A stretch of DNA of 64,000 nucleotides from the human T2T-CHM13v2.0 reference genome, Homo sapiens. The position numbers and the translations under genes were made by a program. Shown piece after piece: positions 52,461 to 63,824 of this stretch (the first letter of the stretch is position 1; every line of letters starts with the position of its first letter). Under the pieces are notes generated by a model that was given only the letters and a program-made list of their open reading frames with translations, did no database searches and had not been told where the DNA came from. The DNA is taken from the NCBI RefSeq assembly GCF_009914755.1, contig NC_060930.1; one strand, given 5' to 3'.

Positions 52461-52941
52461 TGCTGAATAGCTAAGTTAATAGCTAATAGTCAAGTTAACA
52501 GGTTTGTCCACAAATCTAAGGGAGTAAAAATGAGTCTGTGGGTCTTCACAACATTGACAGAAGAAAAGGCACTCTGTTTTCTTAAGCTGAAGGGCACCCA
52601 ATTTGAGCTTCATGCACCAGCGCTGATTGCTCCATTGTCTGCAGCTTGGCTCAGCAGCTGCATAGCTCCTTGGGCTGTGGTGGCTCCTGCAGTCTCTGCC
52701 TGTGCTGCTTCTCTCCCTGCAGTGTGGTTGGCATCCTGATCCCTGTGTGCCCCAAGGCCAGGGCACTGGTACTGACATCCCCATTCTGTAAGACTCCTGC
52801 AGCATCTCCTCTGAGCTGGGAGAGTGGGGCACCCTCCTGGGTTCACATGGTCTCTTCTTCACAAAGGGAGTTGCTCTTATCCTCCTTTCCTCCAGGGCTA
52901 AGGTTTCTCTTGTCTTCCCTGCCACTTCCACTTGTACTAGT

Positions 52942-53430
52942 TGCCGGGAGAGGTGTCAGAGCCCTGGTATTGGGAAGTGGTTGACGCGCAGGTTGGTAAA
53001 AAGAATTTACCGACAACAGAATAGGTTTGAAAAGGAAAGTTATTAGAAAGGAAGAATGCTGCAAGAGGGTGCAGTAGAGCGCTTTGGCAAGAGGACTGAA
53101 TGCACCGCAGCGGATTTTTCCTTAGTGGTATTTATGGACCTTAAGGCAGGAGCTTAGGGTTGTAAAATGAGTTTCAGCGTGACATTCCAGAGATGTATAG
53201 AAATTTTAGTTACTTTTAAACTAAAAGTTGAAAGAGGCCTGGAACCACATGCTGACTTTAGAAACTAGGGAAATTTGATTGCTTCTAAATTCCCAGATAA
53301 GGAGTTTTGCCTCTGGATGGTCTGTTTGATGGTCACCAGGTGGTCTTTGTTCCCTTCTAAATTCCCAGATAAGGAGTTTTGCCTCCAGATGATCTGTTTG
53401 ATGGTCACCAGGTGGTCTTGGCTCTCCTCA
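52942..53430 (-). mobile_element. ERV1 solo LTR (MER84/MER83-like) with 72-bp tandem duplication
   Basis: Reverse start TGAGGAGAGCCAAGACCACCTGGTGACCATCAAAC; TG...CA ends; TSD CTAG(T). Confidence 0.75.
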
Positions 53431-53694
53431 CTAGTGTCCCTCTTGTCCCTGACTTTCTTAGTTCCTATTTCTCTTTGCTCTTTACCCCACACTTAGATTC
53501 ATCCGTCCTGTCTCTGGGGACCCTTGTAATTACACAGATACAAGATTTGTTCTATATATTCTTTCCTTATCAGTCTAGTAACCCAATTTGCACAGGACAT
53601 ATGGCCAGCCAGTTTACACTTGTTCTTATTATGACTCCGTACTACTTCCTAGCCATTTGGACTTCCTTTCCTAAGCCTTCCCAAATCATCTATT

Positions 53695-53753
53695 TACAGT
53701 TTATAGGACAAATGTCTACAGTTTATAGGATAAATGTCTGCAGTTTATAGGAT
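53695..53753. repeat. 22-bp tandem repeat, ~2.7 copies
   Basis: tacagtttataggacaaatgtc / tacagtttataggataaatgtc / tgcagtttataggat. Confidence 0.9.
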
Positions 53754-53901
53754 TTCCAGTTTTGACAAAAATTAAATCAATATTTGCCTATATTCAGGCG
53801 TCCAGCCAGGGAGTGAATCAAGGACTTCACCTGCAGGTGTTGCCACTTTCTGGGATGTAATTAATTAAGGTCCAAGACTTAACCCCATCTAGAGAAGGTA
53901 G

Positions 53902-55018
53902 CGTTATAGGTAGTTAGGCATGAGTGGGGCAGGAGAGGGCTCTCTCCCTCACCCACTAGAAATGTTGGGTGATGGTTGGGCAATTATTGCTTTGCCTCTC
54001 TAAAAATAATAATTCAGCAGCACAAGGGAGAGGCCATTTCCTGATGGTCCACGCCTATCAACATCAAAACATTAATTGAATGCAGTCCCAGGGAGAAGCA
54101 ACTTCCTGGGCATCCTGTTAAGAGACAAAAATGGTGAAGTATAATCTTCTGGGGGCACACTCCACTGAAAAAGGGAAGAAAGCTTCAGATGGTGATGCGT
54201 ATAGCTCCCTAAACACATGGCGTGTGCTCAATTCCAGAGGGTAAGGAAAGCACTGGGCATGCAGAAAGCCCACCTTAGAGAAAGATGTGAACCCCCAAAA
54301 TTTGAGACAGGTCTCAGTGAATTTAGAGTTTATTTTGCCAAGGTTGAGGACGCATGCCTGTGACAGCCTCAGGAGTTCCTGATGACATGTGCCCAAGGTG
54401 GTCAGCACACAGTTTGGTTTTATACATTTTAGGGAGACATGAGACATCAATTAACATACATAAGATGAACATTGGTTCGTTCTGGAAAGGCGGGACAACT
54501 TGAAGTGGGAAGGGGGCTTCCAGGTTGTAGGTAGATAAGAGACAAATAGTTCCATTATTTTGAGTTTCTGATTAGCCTCTTCAAAGGAGGCAATCAGATA
54601 TGCATTTATCTCAGTGAGCAGAGGGTGGCTTTGAATAGAATGGGAGGCAGAGGTGTCCGAAGCAATTCCCAGCTTGACATTTCTCTTTAGCTTAGTGATT
54701 TGGGGAGCCCAAGATGTTTTCCTTTCACAGAGGTGAGCTTATAGAAGTCCCAGGATTATGGTTAAATGGGACACTTGACTTTCTCTCTTTAACTTTCATG
54801 TGCCCGCATGGGCCAAGTGCACCTTCCTTTCTTTCATGTTCTAAGGCCTTTTACAATCAACTCATTCCTGCTCTGAAACTTGCCTCAGTCTCTTTTTCTG
54901 CTTTATGCCCCTCAGTCAAATTCTTTCTCCTGAGGAGGCAAGGGCTGAAATTGCTGTGGATCCATACAGATTCGCTGCCAATAACTCGGGGTAACTCAGC
55001 TCTCTTCCACTGGTAACA
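53902..55018 (+). mobile_element. MER50-like ERV1 solo LTR, interrupted by MER4A
   Basis: gttataggtagttaggcatgagtggggcaggagagggc...tggtaaca; 4-bp TSD GTAG. Confidence 0.82.
54286..54729 (-). mobile_element. MER4A-like ERV1 solo LTR
   Basis: Reverse start TGTGAAAGGAAAACATCTTGGGCTCCCCAAATCACTAAGCTAAAG; TG...CA ends; no clean TSD. Confidence 0.85.
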
Positions 55019-55521
55019 GTAGAAGCTATTTGACAATCTTCTCACCTACCCCAAGTTCCCAATCCATCTTAACAATGTATATTCTCTCCTTAATTGGGTC
55101 TGAAGACCATTCTTCTTGACAGAGAAGACTGCAGTAGAATGAGCCTGGAGAGCTAGGAGTTTGATAATCAAGCAGCACTACTTTCGCACTTGAGACAGAT
55201 CATTTGCATGTAGCCGCTGGAGGCTATCTAAATTAATTATTTTAGTTTTCAGCTGAGATAATTTATAATACAGAACTATTATCCAGCTGTCCTGACCCCT
55301 AGTCTGCATGCTTTTCATTTTTAAATTGTGTTTTGCTAATATGTTCTCAAACTGAATAAATGTAGATCAACCACATTAGATATATTTGGGACTTGAGATC
55401 TTTAAACTGTTTTCTAGTTCTTTTGTATTTAAAAAGCTTTATTTGGGGATACTGTATTAGCTATACCAGGGAACAGTGGTCCCTTTGTTTGAGCTTATAA
55501 GGTAAATTGATGGGCTAGCCC

Positions 55522-55871
55522 TTACTTTGGTCTGAATGTTTGTCCTCCATGTTAAAATCATAACCCCCCAAGCTGTTGGTATTGAAAGGCGGAGCGTGTT
55601 GGGAGGTGACTAGGTCATGAGGGCAGCATCCACTTGAATAGGATTAGTGCCCTTATAAAAGAGGCCCAAGAGAGCTAGTGAAACCACATGAAGACACAGG
55701 GAAAAGGCAGCAGCTATGAGAAAGTGAGCCCTCACCAGACACTGGATCTGACAGCACCTTCATATTGGACTTCTCAGCCTCCAGAACTGTTGTTTATAAT
55801 ATAAATTTCTGTTGTTTATAAGCCATCCAGACTATAGTATTTTATTATAGCAGCCCCAAAAGACTAATGTG
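55522..55871 (+). mobile_element. MLT1A-like solo LTR
   Basis: tggtctgaatgtttgtcc...ggattagtgcccttataaaagaggccc...ttatagcagcc. Confidence 0.85.
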
Positions 55872-56264
55872 AACCTCTAAACTCCATTCTTTAAAATTCA
55901 GCTTGAAATTAAAAACATAGATACATACAGATATAATATTATCTTATTTTATTCTAAAATCATATACCTTAAAAATGGGGTCATCCACAAAACACTCCTA
56001 CAAGCAGATGGGAGTGGCAACAGCTCTTCAGTTGGTGTGCCTTGGGACTGCTATAACACATGGATAGCACTGTGGGAGGCTAAGGCAGGAGGATTGCTTG
56101 AGCAAATCAGAGCATTGTCAAATCTATCTTTTCTTTGCAATCAATGGGTGAAAGTTCTGTTATAGCAACTCTTATTCTTCAATATTTATTAGCTTTTCAA
56201 ATAATGGAAGATAACAATTGATTAGATTTAAACGTAAGCTAAAGATGATTTGACTTTGGATTGC

Positions 56265-57204
56265 TGTGGCAGATGGAATTTTAATATGGCCCCTATGATC
56301 TCCAGCTCTGGGTGTTACTCCTGTGATTATGTTACCTTAACTGGCAGAAAGGATTTTTCAGATGCAATTCAGGGTACCAGTCAGTTGACCTTAAGATAGA
56401 TTATCTGGGTGGGCTTGACCTAATCACATGAGCTCTTTAAAAGCAGAAACTTTCCTCTGGCTGATTGCAGAAGAGGAAGTTAGACACATTTGAAAGAGGA
56501 AAGGAATTTGGTGTGAGGATATTCTCTGTTGCTGAGCTGGAGGGAGTCACGTGGCTGGTGAGGCCCTGAGAGCAGCCTCTAGGGGCTGACAGCCAGCAAG
56601 ACAATGAGGAGGTTAGTCCTACAACCACAATAAAATGAATCCTGCCAATGACCTGAGGGAGTTGAGAAGAGATCTTTGGCTAGTCATGGCTGTAGATGAG
56701 AACATGGATAGCTGACATCTTTTTTTTTTTTTTTTTTATAATGAGACAGGGTTTTGTTCTGTCACCCAGGCTGGAGTGCAGTGGCACAATCATGGCTCAC
56801 TGTAAGCTTTGATATCTCAAACTCAAGCCATCTTCCTGTCTCAACCTGCAGAGTAGCTGAGACCATAGGTGTGCACCACCACACCCATCTAATCTTTCAG
56901 TTTTAGTAGAAATGAAGTCTCACTAGGTTGCCCAGGCTGGTCTTGAACTCCTGGGCTCAAGCAATCTTCCCACCCTGGCCTCCCAAATTGCTGGGATTAC
57001 AGGCATGAGTCACCGCCTCCAGCCTAGCAGACATCTTGATTTCAGCCTTATGAGACCCTGAGCAGGGGACCCACCTAAAATGTGCCAGACCATTGACCCC
57101 TGGAAATAGTGAGATCATAAATTTGTGTTGTTGTAAGTTACTAAGTTTGTGGTTAACTTGTGTAAGCTACTAAGTTTGTTACATATCAATAGGAAATGAA
57201 CACA
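56265..57204 (+). mobile_element. MLT1E-like solo LTR, split by an Alu
   Basis: tgtggcagatggaattttaatatggcccc...gattatctgggtgggcttgacctaatcacatgag. Confidence 0.8.
56722..57024 (-). mobile_element. AluJ
   Basis: Reverse dimer; 13-bp TSD TAGC(T/A)GACATCTT. Confidence 0.93.
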
Positions 57205-57379
57205 ATAGTGTTCTAGTATTTTCCCTAAAATTAATTGAGTTTTACTTTAGTTCTCTGAGCCCACTAGATGGATAAGGTGTCCTTAAAGTGTGACTCAGTG
57301 ACTATAGAAAGCAAACTTGGGATTTGAAGTTGAGGTGAAAAACCTATAACAAACTCTGTCACTGTTGGAAGAGGATAGT

Positions 57380-57600
57380 GATTATCTGCATGGCAGGCAA
57401 TGTCAACTGGACATTGGAATCTGAACTCTACCACCTCGCTGCTTGTGGGGACATTGGTTAAGTTACTTAAGTACTCTTCATAAGTGGGTTACAAATTTTT
57501 ACCTTGTATACTTGGTGTGCAGTTTTAGTGAAATGCAAAGTGCTTAGCACAGTGCTTGATATACAATCAATGTCTAATAGTTACAATTATTATTATTTTA
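57380..57600 (+). mobile_element. MIR
   Basis: ctctaccacctcgctgcttgtg...taagttacttaa...aaagtgcttagcacagtgcttg. Confidence 0.65.
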
Positions 57601-58349
57601 ATATAAAATGGAAAGGCTGTGAGGATGTTAAAGGACCATTGACAGTAAGAAGGAGAAAAAAAGCAAAGCATGTACAGGGGAAAATGCATCTAAATGTAAG
57701 CTTTTGCTGTGGGTCACACAGCCATCACAGGTGCTCAGCAGCTGGATTTTATTCACAGGAAAGCCTTCACAGAGCCTGCAGATACAGCAAGCGACTTTTT
57801 TTTTTTTTGGTAGTGAAATAGATTGCATCCCCAGGTTGTATGTCAGTCACCCAAGGCCTATTCAGAATCTGTTCCTGTTTGAAATTTAATGCTCTATCTC
57901 CCTGAACTCGAGGCCACTCAACAGTGAAGCTGGAACTCCACATGATCAAAAGGTGGAATGCATAGAAGAAAAGGGAAATGAGTCACATGACGTGTCTTTC
58001 AAACCTGACTTCTCTGGCGGTCCTTCAGGGCTGGGAAGAATGAATGCTCAATTTTGCAAGGCTTTGGGTGTCCTCACTAACAGTGAAAACATTCTATATA
58101 TTTATATGGGACTTCAGAAATGCAAAACGAGAGACAAGAAACAAAGACTTGTTTACTTATAGATTTTTTCCCCTAAATTTAATCGGCCCAATATACTCTA
58201 CCGTATGAAACATTAAAACAGGTAAAAACATAGTAAGTTAAATCCATTAACACTTTATGTGTATGTATTTCTAAATATAATTTGGTTATGAAATAGAGAT
58301 ATTTGAATGAGAGTTAGTGAGTTTAGTGTTAAATTTCAAATATATTGTA

Positions 58350-58351
<2 letters not shown>

Positions 58352-58388
<37 letters not shown>
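58352..58388. repeat. (TG)n microsatellite
   Basis: Direct inspection. Confidence 0.97.
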
Positions 58389-58390
<2 letters not shown>

Positions 58391-58664
58391 TTTCCTAAAA
58401 ACTCTCTATGATGTTAAATTATCCTTTTCTGGTCTTCAAAGACATTCATTTTGCTTCAAGGGTATCTATACTATGGGGGATATCCATAGGGATATTAAGT
58501 CTTCTTTTTCCTCTAACATCAACAAACCTAGAAAACTGTTACTGTAAACTTTTCATCTTATACAATATATTTTATTACTTGGTGTTCTCTTTAAATAACA
58601 AACTAACAAAAGACATTAAGAATTAAGTAACCCTCAAGGTCTAGTTCTGTTTTATCTCCCCACA

Positions 58665-58876
58665 TTTTTTTCTTATTTATTTATTTATTTCAACTTTCAT
58701 TTTAGATTCAGTGGGTACATGTGCAGGTCTGTTACCTGAATATATTGCGTGGTGCTGAGGTTTGAGGTATCAATGATCCCATCACCCAGATGCTGAGCGG
58801 AGTACCCAATAGTTACTGTTTAAACCCTCTCTTCCACCCCCAGTAGTCCCTAGTTTCTACTGTTGGCATCTTTATG
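58665..58876 (-). mobile_element. Short L1PA15/16-like 3' end
   Basis: caactttcattttagattcagtgggtacatgtgcagg...; flanking direct repeat AAGGTCTAGTTCT. Confidence 0.82.
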
Positions 58877-59447
58877 AAGGTCTAGTTCTTATCTTATTAT
58901 TTTTGTATCTTCCCATGGCATCATCTAGGGTCAGACACATGGTTGTGGCCAATAAATATTTGTGGAAGGCCTAAAATATTTTAGACTGTATTCCCTGAGA
59001 AGCAGACTGGCCTGGTGGTGGAAGAAGAACTGGACAGAGTGTCGAAGCCTGGCTGCCACCATCATGTAGCCTTGGCAGAGTGACTTTCCCTCTGGGCTGT
59101 TGTTTTCTTGTGTGAAAAACAAGATGGTTGATCTGTTCTCTTTCAGTTCTGACATACAAGATTCTAACAAAGCAAGGAGAATTCACGGAGGTAGGACAAC
59201 AATGCTTATTATGAATATGCAAGAGGATAAGTAGCTATACAACAAGACAGGCTTTTGGTATGTTTGTGTATGGAGAGTGCTTTCAGTCGGAATCTCAACA
59301 TTTTTGACAAATTCTGCTTCAGAGATGTCAAAGACCTATTGAAAGCAATCCATTTTAAAATGTCCCTTTTCTGCTTGAAAAGGCGATCTATTGTCCATCA
59401 GCAATCACTTTAGAGGCCATGCATATAAGGCACATGTATTTCCATAA

Positions 59448-59476
59448 GTGTGAGTGTGTGTGTGTGTGTGTGTGTT
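59448..59476. repeat. (TG)n microsatellite
   Basis: Direct inspection. Confidence 0.92.
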
Positions 59477-60509
59477 TGCATGTGTTCTATCTCTATTAGT
59501 GTTGTTAAAATGATCGCTGAGGGATTAATTGCAATCAAACTTCTGTGGCAACAATTCATTCACAGAGCCTGGCTTTTGTGTTTTGTGTCTGAAAAGGAGC
59601 AATGTGGGAGAGTGGAAAGGACTCCTATTTCCAGCTGCTTTTGTCCTTAGGTATAAAGCATAACAGGTTTCAAGAGCAAAGGAGAAATGTGAAGGGTGAG
59701 AGTAAAAGGAATGACTCTTTGAAAACTAATGGCAAGCGATAAAAATAAGTTACTAAAAGACAGAGCATCTTTTGAAACAGAGCAAGCTTTGATTCTGACA
59801 GGGCTGGCTCTTGCTAGAAAAGGCACAGAGAAATGAGAACCTTGACTATTTCAGCCCTCAGACACCTACCCCAGAAAATCCTGCTGGAACCAATTACTAG
59901 GCATTTTAGAAACTTCTGCTATAGGCTCTGCCAAAGATGCCATCTGCTCAGACATACCCATGTAACACTGACCTATTGGTTTTCTGACCTGCACAGGTTC
60001 TGGTAGGAGGCAGTTGCCTAATATAGTCTGCTTGCCCTATGCCCTGAGTTTGTCTTGCAATGAAATGGTTTAGATAGCTAATGGGCTAGACAGACTGCAG
60101 TACATCCTGCAAATGAGGTCACGCAAGCGGCCAGCCCTCCAGTCTCTCTTGGGTAATGAGCCGCTGGGAAATGCATTGAATGGGTCCACCTTTAAGGAAG
60201 ACACAAACAAATATATCATTTATTTACCACGGTGGCTTATACCTGACCATGGAGAAAAGCTATCAAAATGAAATATTATAAAACATGATTCTGTGAAACA
60301 GAACTGCAATTTTCATGTTATTTGGAATCAGGTCACTGGAAAGACAGCTTAAGTTACTTCTTAGACAAATGGCCTGAATGTAAAAGAGATTTAGGCTCTT
60401 GGATGCTTCAATCTCAGATCCTTCCTCCACTGGACACATTGATGATTTTAGAGCTTTGTGTTTGCTGAGGAAGATGAGAAGGACTCCTTTGAGAAATTAT
60501 GAAGCAGGG

Positions 60510-60720
60510 AGGAGTGGTGAAAGTACTTTGGGGAAGGAAGCAGGAGACTTGGGTGGGCCTCCTGATCTACTCATAGCCCAGTCATCTGCAGTCAGTTTCT
60601 TAACCTCTATGCATCTCGGAATCCTTATTTGCAAAACAAAGGTGGGAGTACATTTTCTGTCCACATCATAGAGTTTTGAAAATTGAAAAGGTATATATAA
60701 AAGTCTTTGAACACTCTTAC
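60510..60720 (+). mobile_element. MIR
   Basis: gcaggagacttgggt...cttaacctctatgcatctcggaatccttatttgcaaaa. Confidence 0.6.
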
Positions 60721-62369
60721 CTACAACACTTTAAAGTACAAGACAAGCATGGAATATTGTTAATACTATGAAGTCATTTGGGTGTTTTACATTTTTGTAT
60801 TGCTCAGTGAAAGATTCTTCCTAGAAATAATATCCAGACTCTAATATCAGCACTCAGAGAGAATGTGTTGACATTAACGAAAACTCAGATGAAACAAAGC
60901 CATTTCCTTGTCTTACTCCAAACTTTCAGACGGCTGAGGCTCACGCTCTCTTGAGCACCTATTTGGGGCATTCACTGTGTTCAGTGCTCAGTGCTGCTCA
61001 CTGGACATTTAGTGCTTTTCCTTCCAATGTCTGCATTTTGGACATTGACTTTGGAAACATAGCTGGCAAACATTCTATTAAATCCTAGCCAGTAAGTTAA
61101 TAGAAAAATACTCTAGGTTTTTAGGATTTCCTGTTATTATAATAATTGTCCTTTATTTGCAGTCTGATCTCATAAAGCATATTTTCTTTTTCAAAACTAC
61201 CCACCCAGTTTCCAAAACCTAATCTGGAGTGTCACAAATGTGCATTTCAAATAGATATTTTTGGAGGGAGTAGGATACAATATGTAGAATTATATCTTAA
61301 CACATTTTTACGCCATGAAACATTTGCAAAATGCTTAGATCCCTGTGAACTAAATTAAATTTTCCCATGTGCCTAATTCAGGAACTAAATGTAGAAATTC
61401 TGACTTGGAACACTGAGTAAAATAAAAGTCCCAGGCTTGGTTTGAGAACATTAAGACTTGAGTGATAGAAAACAAAAACTACAACTGTTTCAGGGGAACT
61501 GCATCATCTTTGAAGATAATTTTCTTGAAACCAGGATTTTAATTTTTCTTACCAATAATTGAAAATGTCTTACCTTATGACAATAGAAAATAAGCATATG
61601 TAATTTCAAAGCCACATGCTTGAACATATAAGTGAGAAAAAAAGTTGTTTCTGTTTTATTACAGTTTCTTAGGTTGGGTGTAATCAACATTTGTTTTATT
61701 GACACTTTAGAAGTTTAATTGCTTGCTATAGTCACTCTCCAAAGAATAAGCAATTGGCTCTTTGTATTATTAAAATAGCTAAGCTACACCCCAGCTTTGT
61801 CATCTTTTCTTGCCAATATGCTTAATAACATTTCTCCCGAAAGGAACATTTGCATACTCTTGGTGTGTAAAATACAGGAATTGGCTTATAAAGCTATAAT
61901 TGAGGGAAAATATTGCTTTGCCCACCTCCTTTGGAAGGCCCCCATTTGAGTGTAAGTTGCATTATTCTCCAGAATTATCCCCCAGTAGCTCTCTGTGCCA
62001 TCTGGAAAGTAGGAAGCCCTGCTTTCCAATATGTGCACTGATGAATGTCGGTTCTTGGAAATTATCACAGTCTCAGATAATTATAGGAGTCCTCTCTTGG
62101 CCCCTTTGTTCATCTGAAAAGCAGAGCTTAGTGGTAACTTCCAGGGCCCAAGTGGCTCCCAACATGCTCACAGGCACATGCTCCCTAGCTCTAGGCCACA
62201 CGAAAGAAGGACAAAGTAGCCCACAGAGGTGTAAATTGAGAAATCAGAGTATGATTTCTCACTTTACACATTTATGGGTTATGTATTAGTAAGATCTTCT
62301 TACTAATAAGATCTTCTTTTAGGTCTCCTGTTAATGTTTAGGCCACCTACATATTTAAGAAGATAAGAG

Positions 62370-62500
62370 ATCTAGATTTAGAACCACAGAGCTGGAGGGA
62401 AACTTAGAGATTATAAAGTCCAACACCTTATTTTAAACAAGGTAACTGAGGCCCAAATAAATTAGGTGTCTGCTCAAGGCCACAGCAAAGACATCTAGTG
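62370..62500 (-). mobile_element. MIR3-like fragment
   Basis: agagctggagggaaacttagagatta...aactgaggccca...ctcaaggccacagc. Confidence 0.6.
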
Positions 62501-62736
62501 ATGGCTCTTTTTTTTTGTTTTCTCCATATAGTTAACATTTCCTATCTTGGGGACCTGATCCACAAGATTCCACAAAAGAGGGAAGATATTCTATTTAAAA
62601 CCCATCAGCGAGCCAAACAACCCCCCAACCTGACTGAAACTCCTTGTTTATGTGTGAATGGGAACATAATGCCTGTGTTTCCATGGTCTTCTTTCTGCTT
62701 ACAGAGACTGGAGGTGGGAATATGGGCAGGAAGTGA

Positions 62737-63050
<314 letters not shown>

Positions 63051-63630
63051 TGCCTCAGAATTTGTATGTGCATCATCAGCATCATGTAAGGCATGGAATT
63101 CTCTACCAAGAGCCTTTATTATAACTTGAGGATCAGTGAACAATATGTAAGTATAGATAGCAAGCAGGTTAAGTTTCCAAATGATTTTGAGATCCTGTTT
63201 TGCGACTTTTATTTATAGCTTCCGTTCATGTATTAGAACATTGCTATAACATTCCTAACACTGCTATACAGTTTTGCATTTATACAGCTCAACTGGATCT
63301 TTACTTATTCTTTATAAATAGGAACACATAATTGGCAACAGATTAGCACTTATGGTAACTATAGTAATAATTCAATAAAATCAGTAGAAAGTATGCATCT
63401 ATACATTTTAAAAGGTCAAAATAAGAGTTGGTGTTCAACAGCAGGCCTCCCTCCAGCATTCCCTGTCCTCAACTGTGCCTTCACTGTCCTCAACAACTTG
63501 GGCCTGGGCACCTCTGGCTGCTCCTCCTCTACCCCAGATCACTCACTTGGGTGGCCGAGGTCCGGCCTCGGGAGCCTTGCTTGCCCAGGTGACACAGTCC
63601 TTGTGAGGACAAGCCACTCTCTCCACTCAC

Positions 63631-63699
63631 CAGGAAGAACATGCGCTGCTGGAGCTCCTTCCCCGAGAGCTTGCTGAGGCTGCCCAGACGGATGAACTC
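63631..63699 (-). pseudogene. FARP1: FARP1-derived 69-nt coding exon (first PH domain start), probably a paralogous unprocessed fragment
   Basis: ccctgcAG|GAGTTCATCCGTCTGGGC...TTCTTCCTG|GTgagt translates to EFIRLGSLSKLSGKELQQRMFFL versus recalled FARP1 EFIRLGSLSKLSGKGLQQRMFFL; phase 0-0; next FARP1 exon not found in the window. Confidence 0.85.
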
Positions 63700-63718
63700 C
63701 TGCAGGGGAGACAGAACG

Positions 63719-63824
63719 GAGGGCTGGCTGCGAGCGTGCAGACCCCGAGGGCTGACGGCCAGTGTGCAGACCCCGAGGGCTGACTTTGTAGCCCCTGAGG
63801 GCTGACTGCGAGTGTGCAGACCCC
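63719..63824. repeat. GC-rich 28-bp minisatellite (3 full copies plus 1 degenerate)
   Basis: gagggctg(g/a)c(t/g)gc(g/c)ag(c/t)gtgcagacccc at 63719, 63747 and 63797; 22-bp variant at 63775. Confidence 0.9.

Larger units (their letters stand above)
52100..55150 (-). mobile_element. L3/CR1 fragments (~52100-52240, 53560-53700, 55030-55150) dispersed by later insertions
   Basis: catttctccatcttgtccacaaatatgtcatgagagactt; cagtctagtaaccc...ttcctttcctaag; ttcttgacagagaagac. Confidence 0.55.

Noticed and set aside
53282-53753. Direct repeats as a possible CRISPR-like array
   Set aside because: Tandem with no unique spacers; eukaryotic LTR/minisatellite context
57257-57276. Partial CTCF-like CCACTAGATGGATA
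   Set aside because: The 3' half lacks the (C/T)GC consensus; weak match
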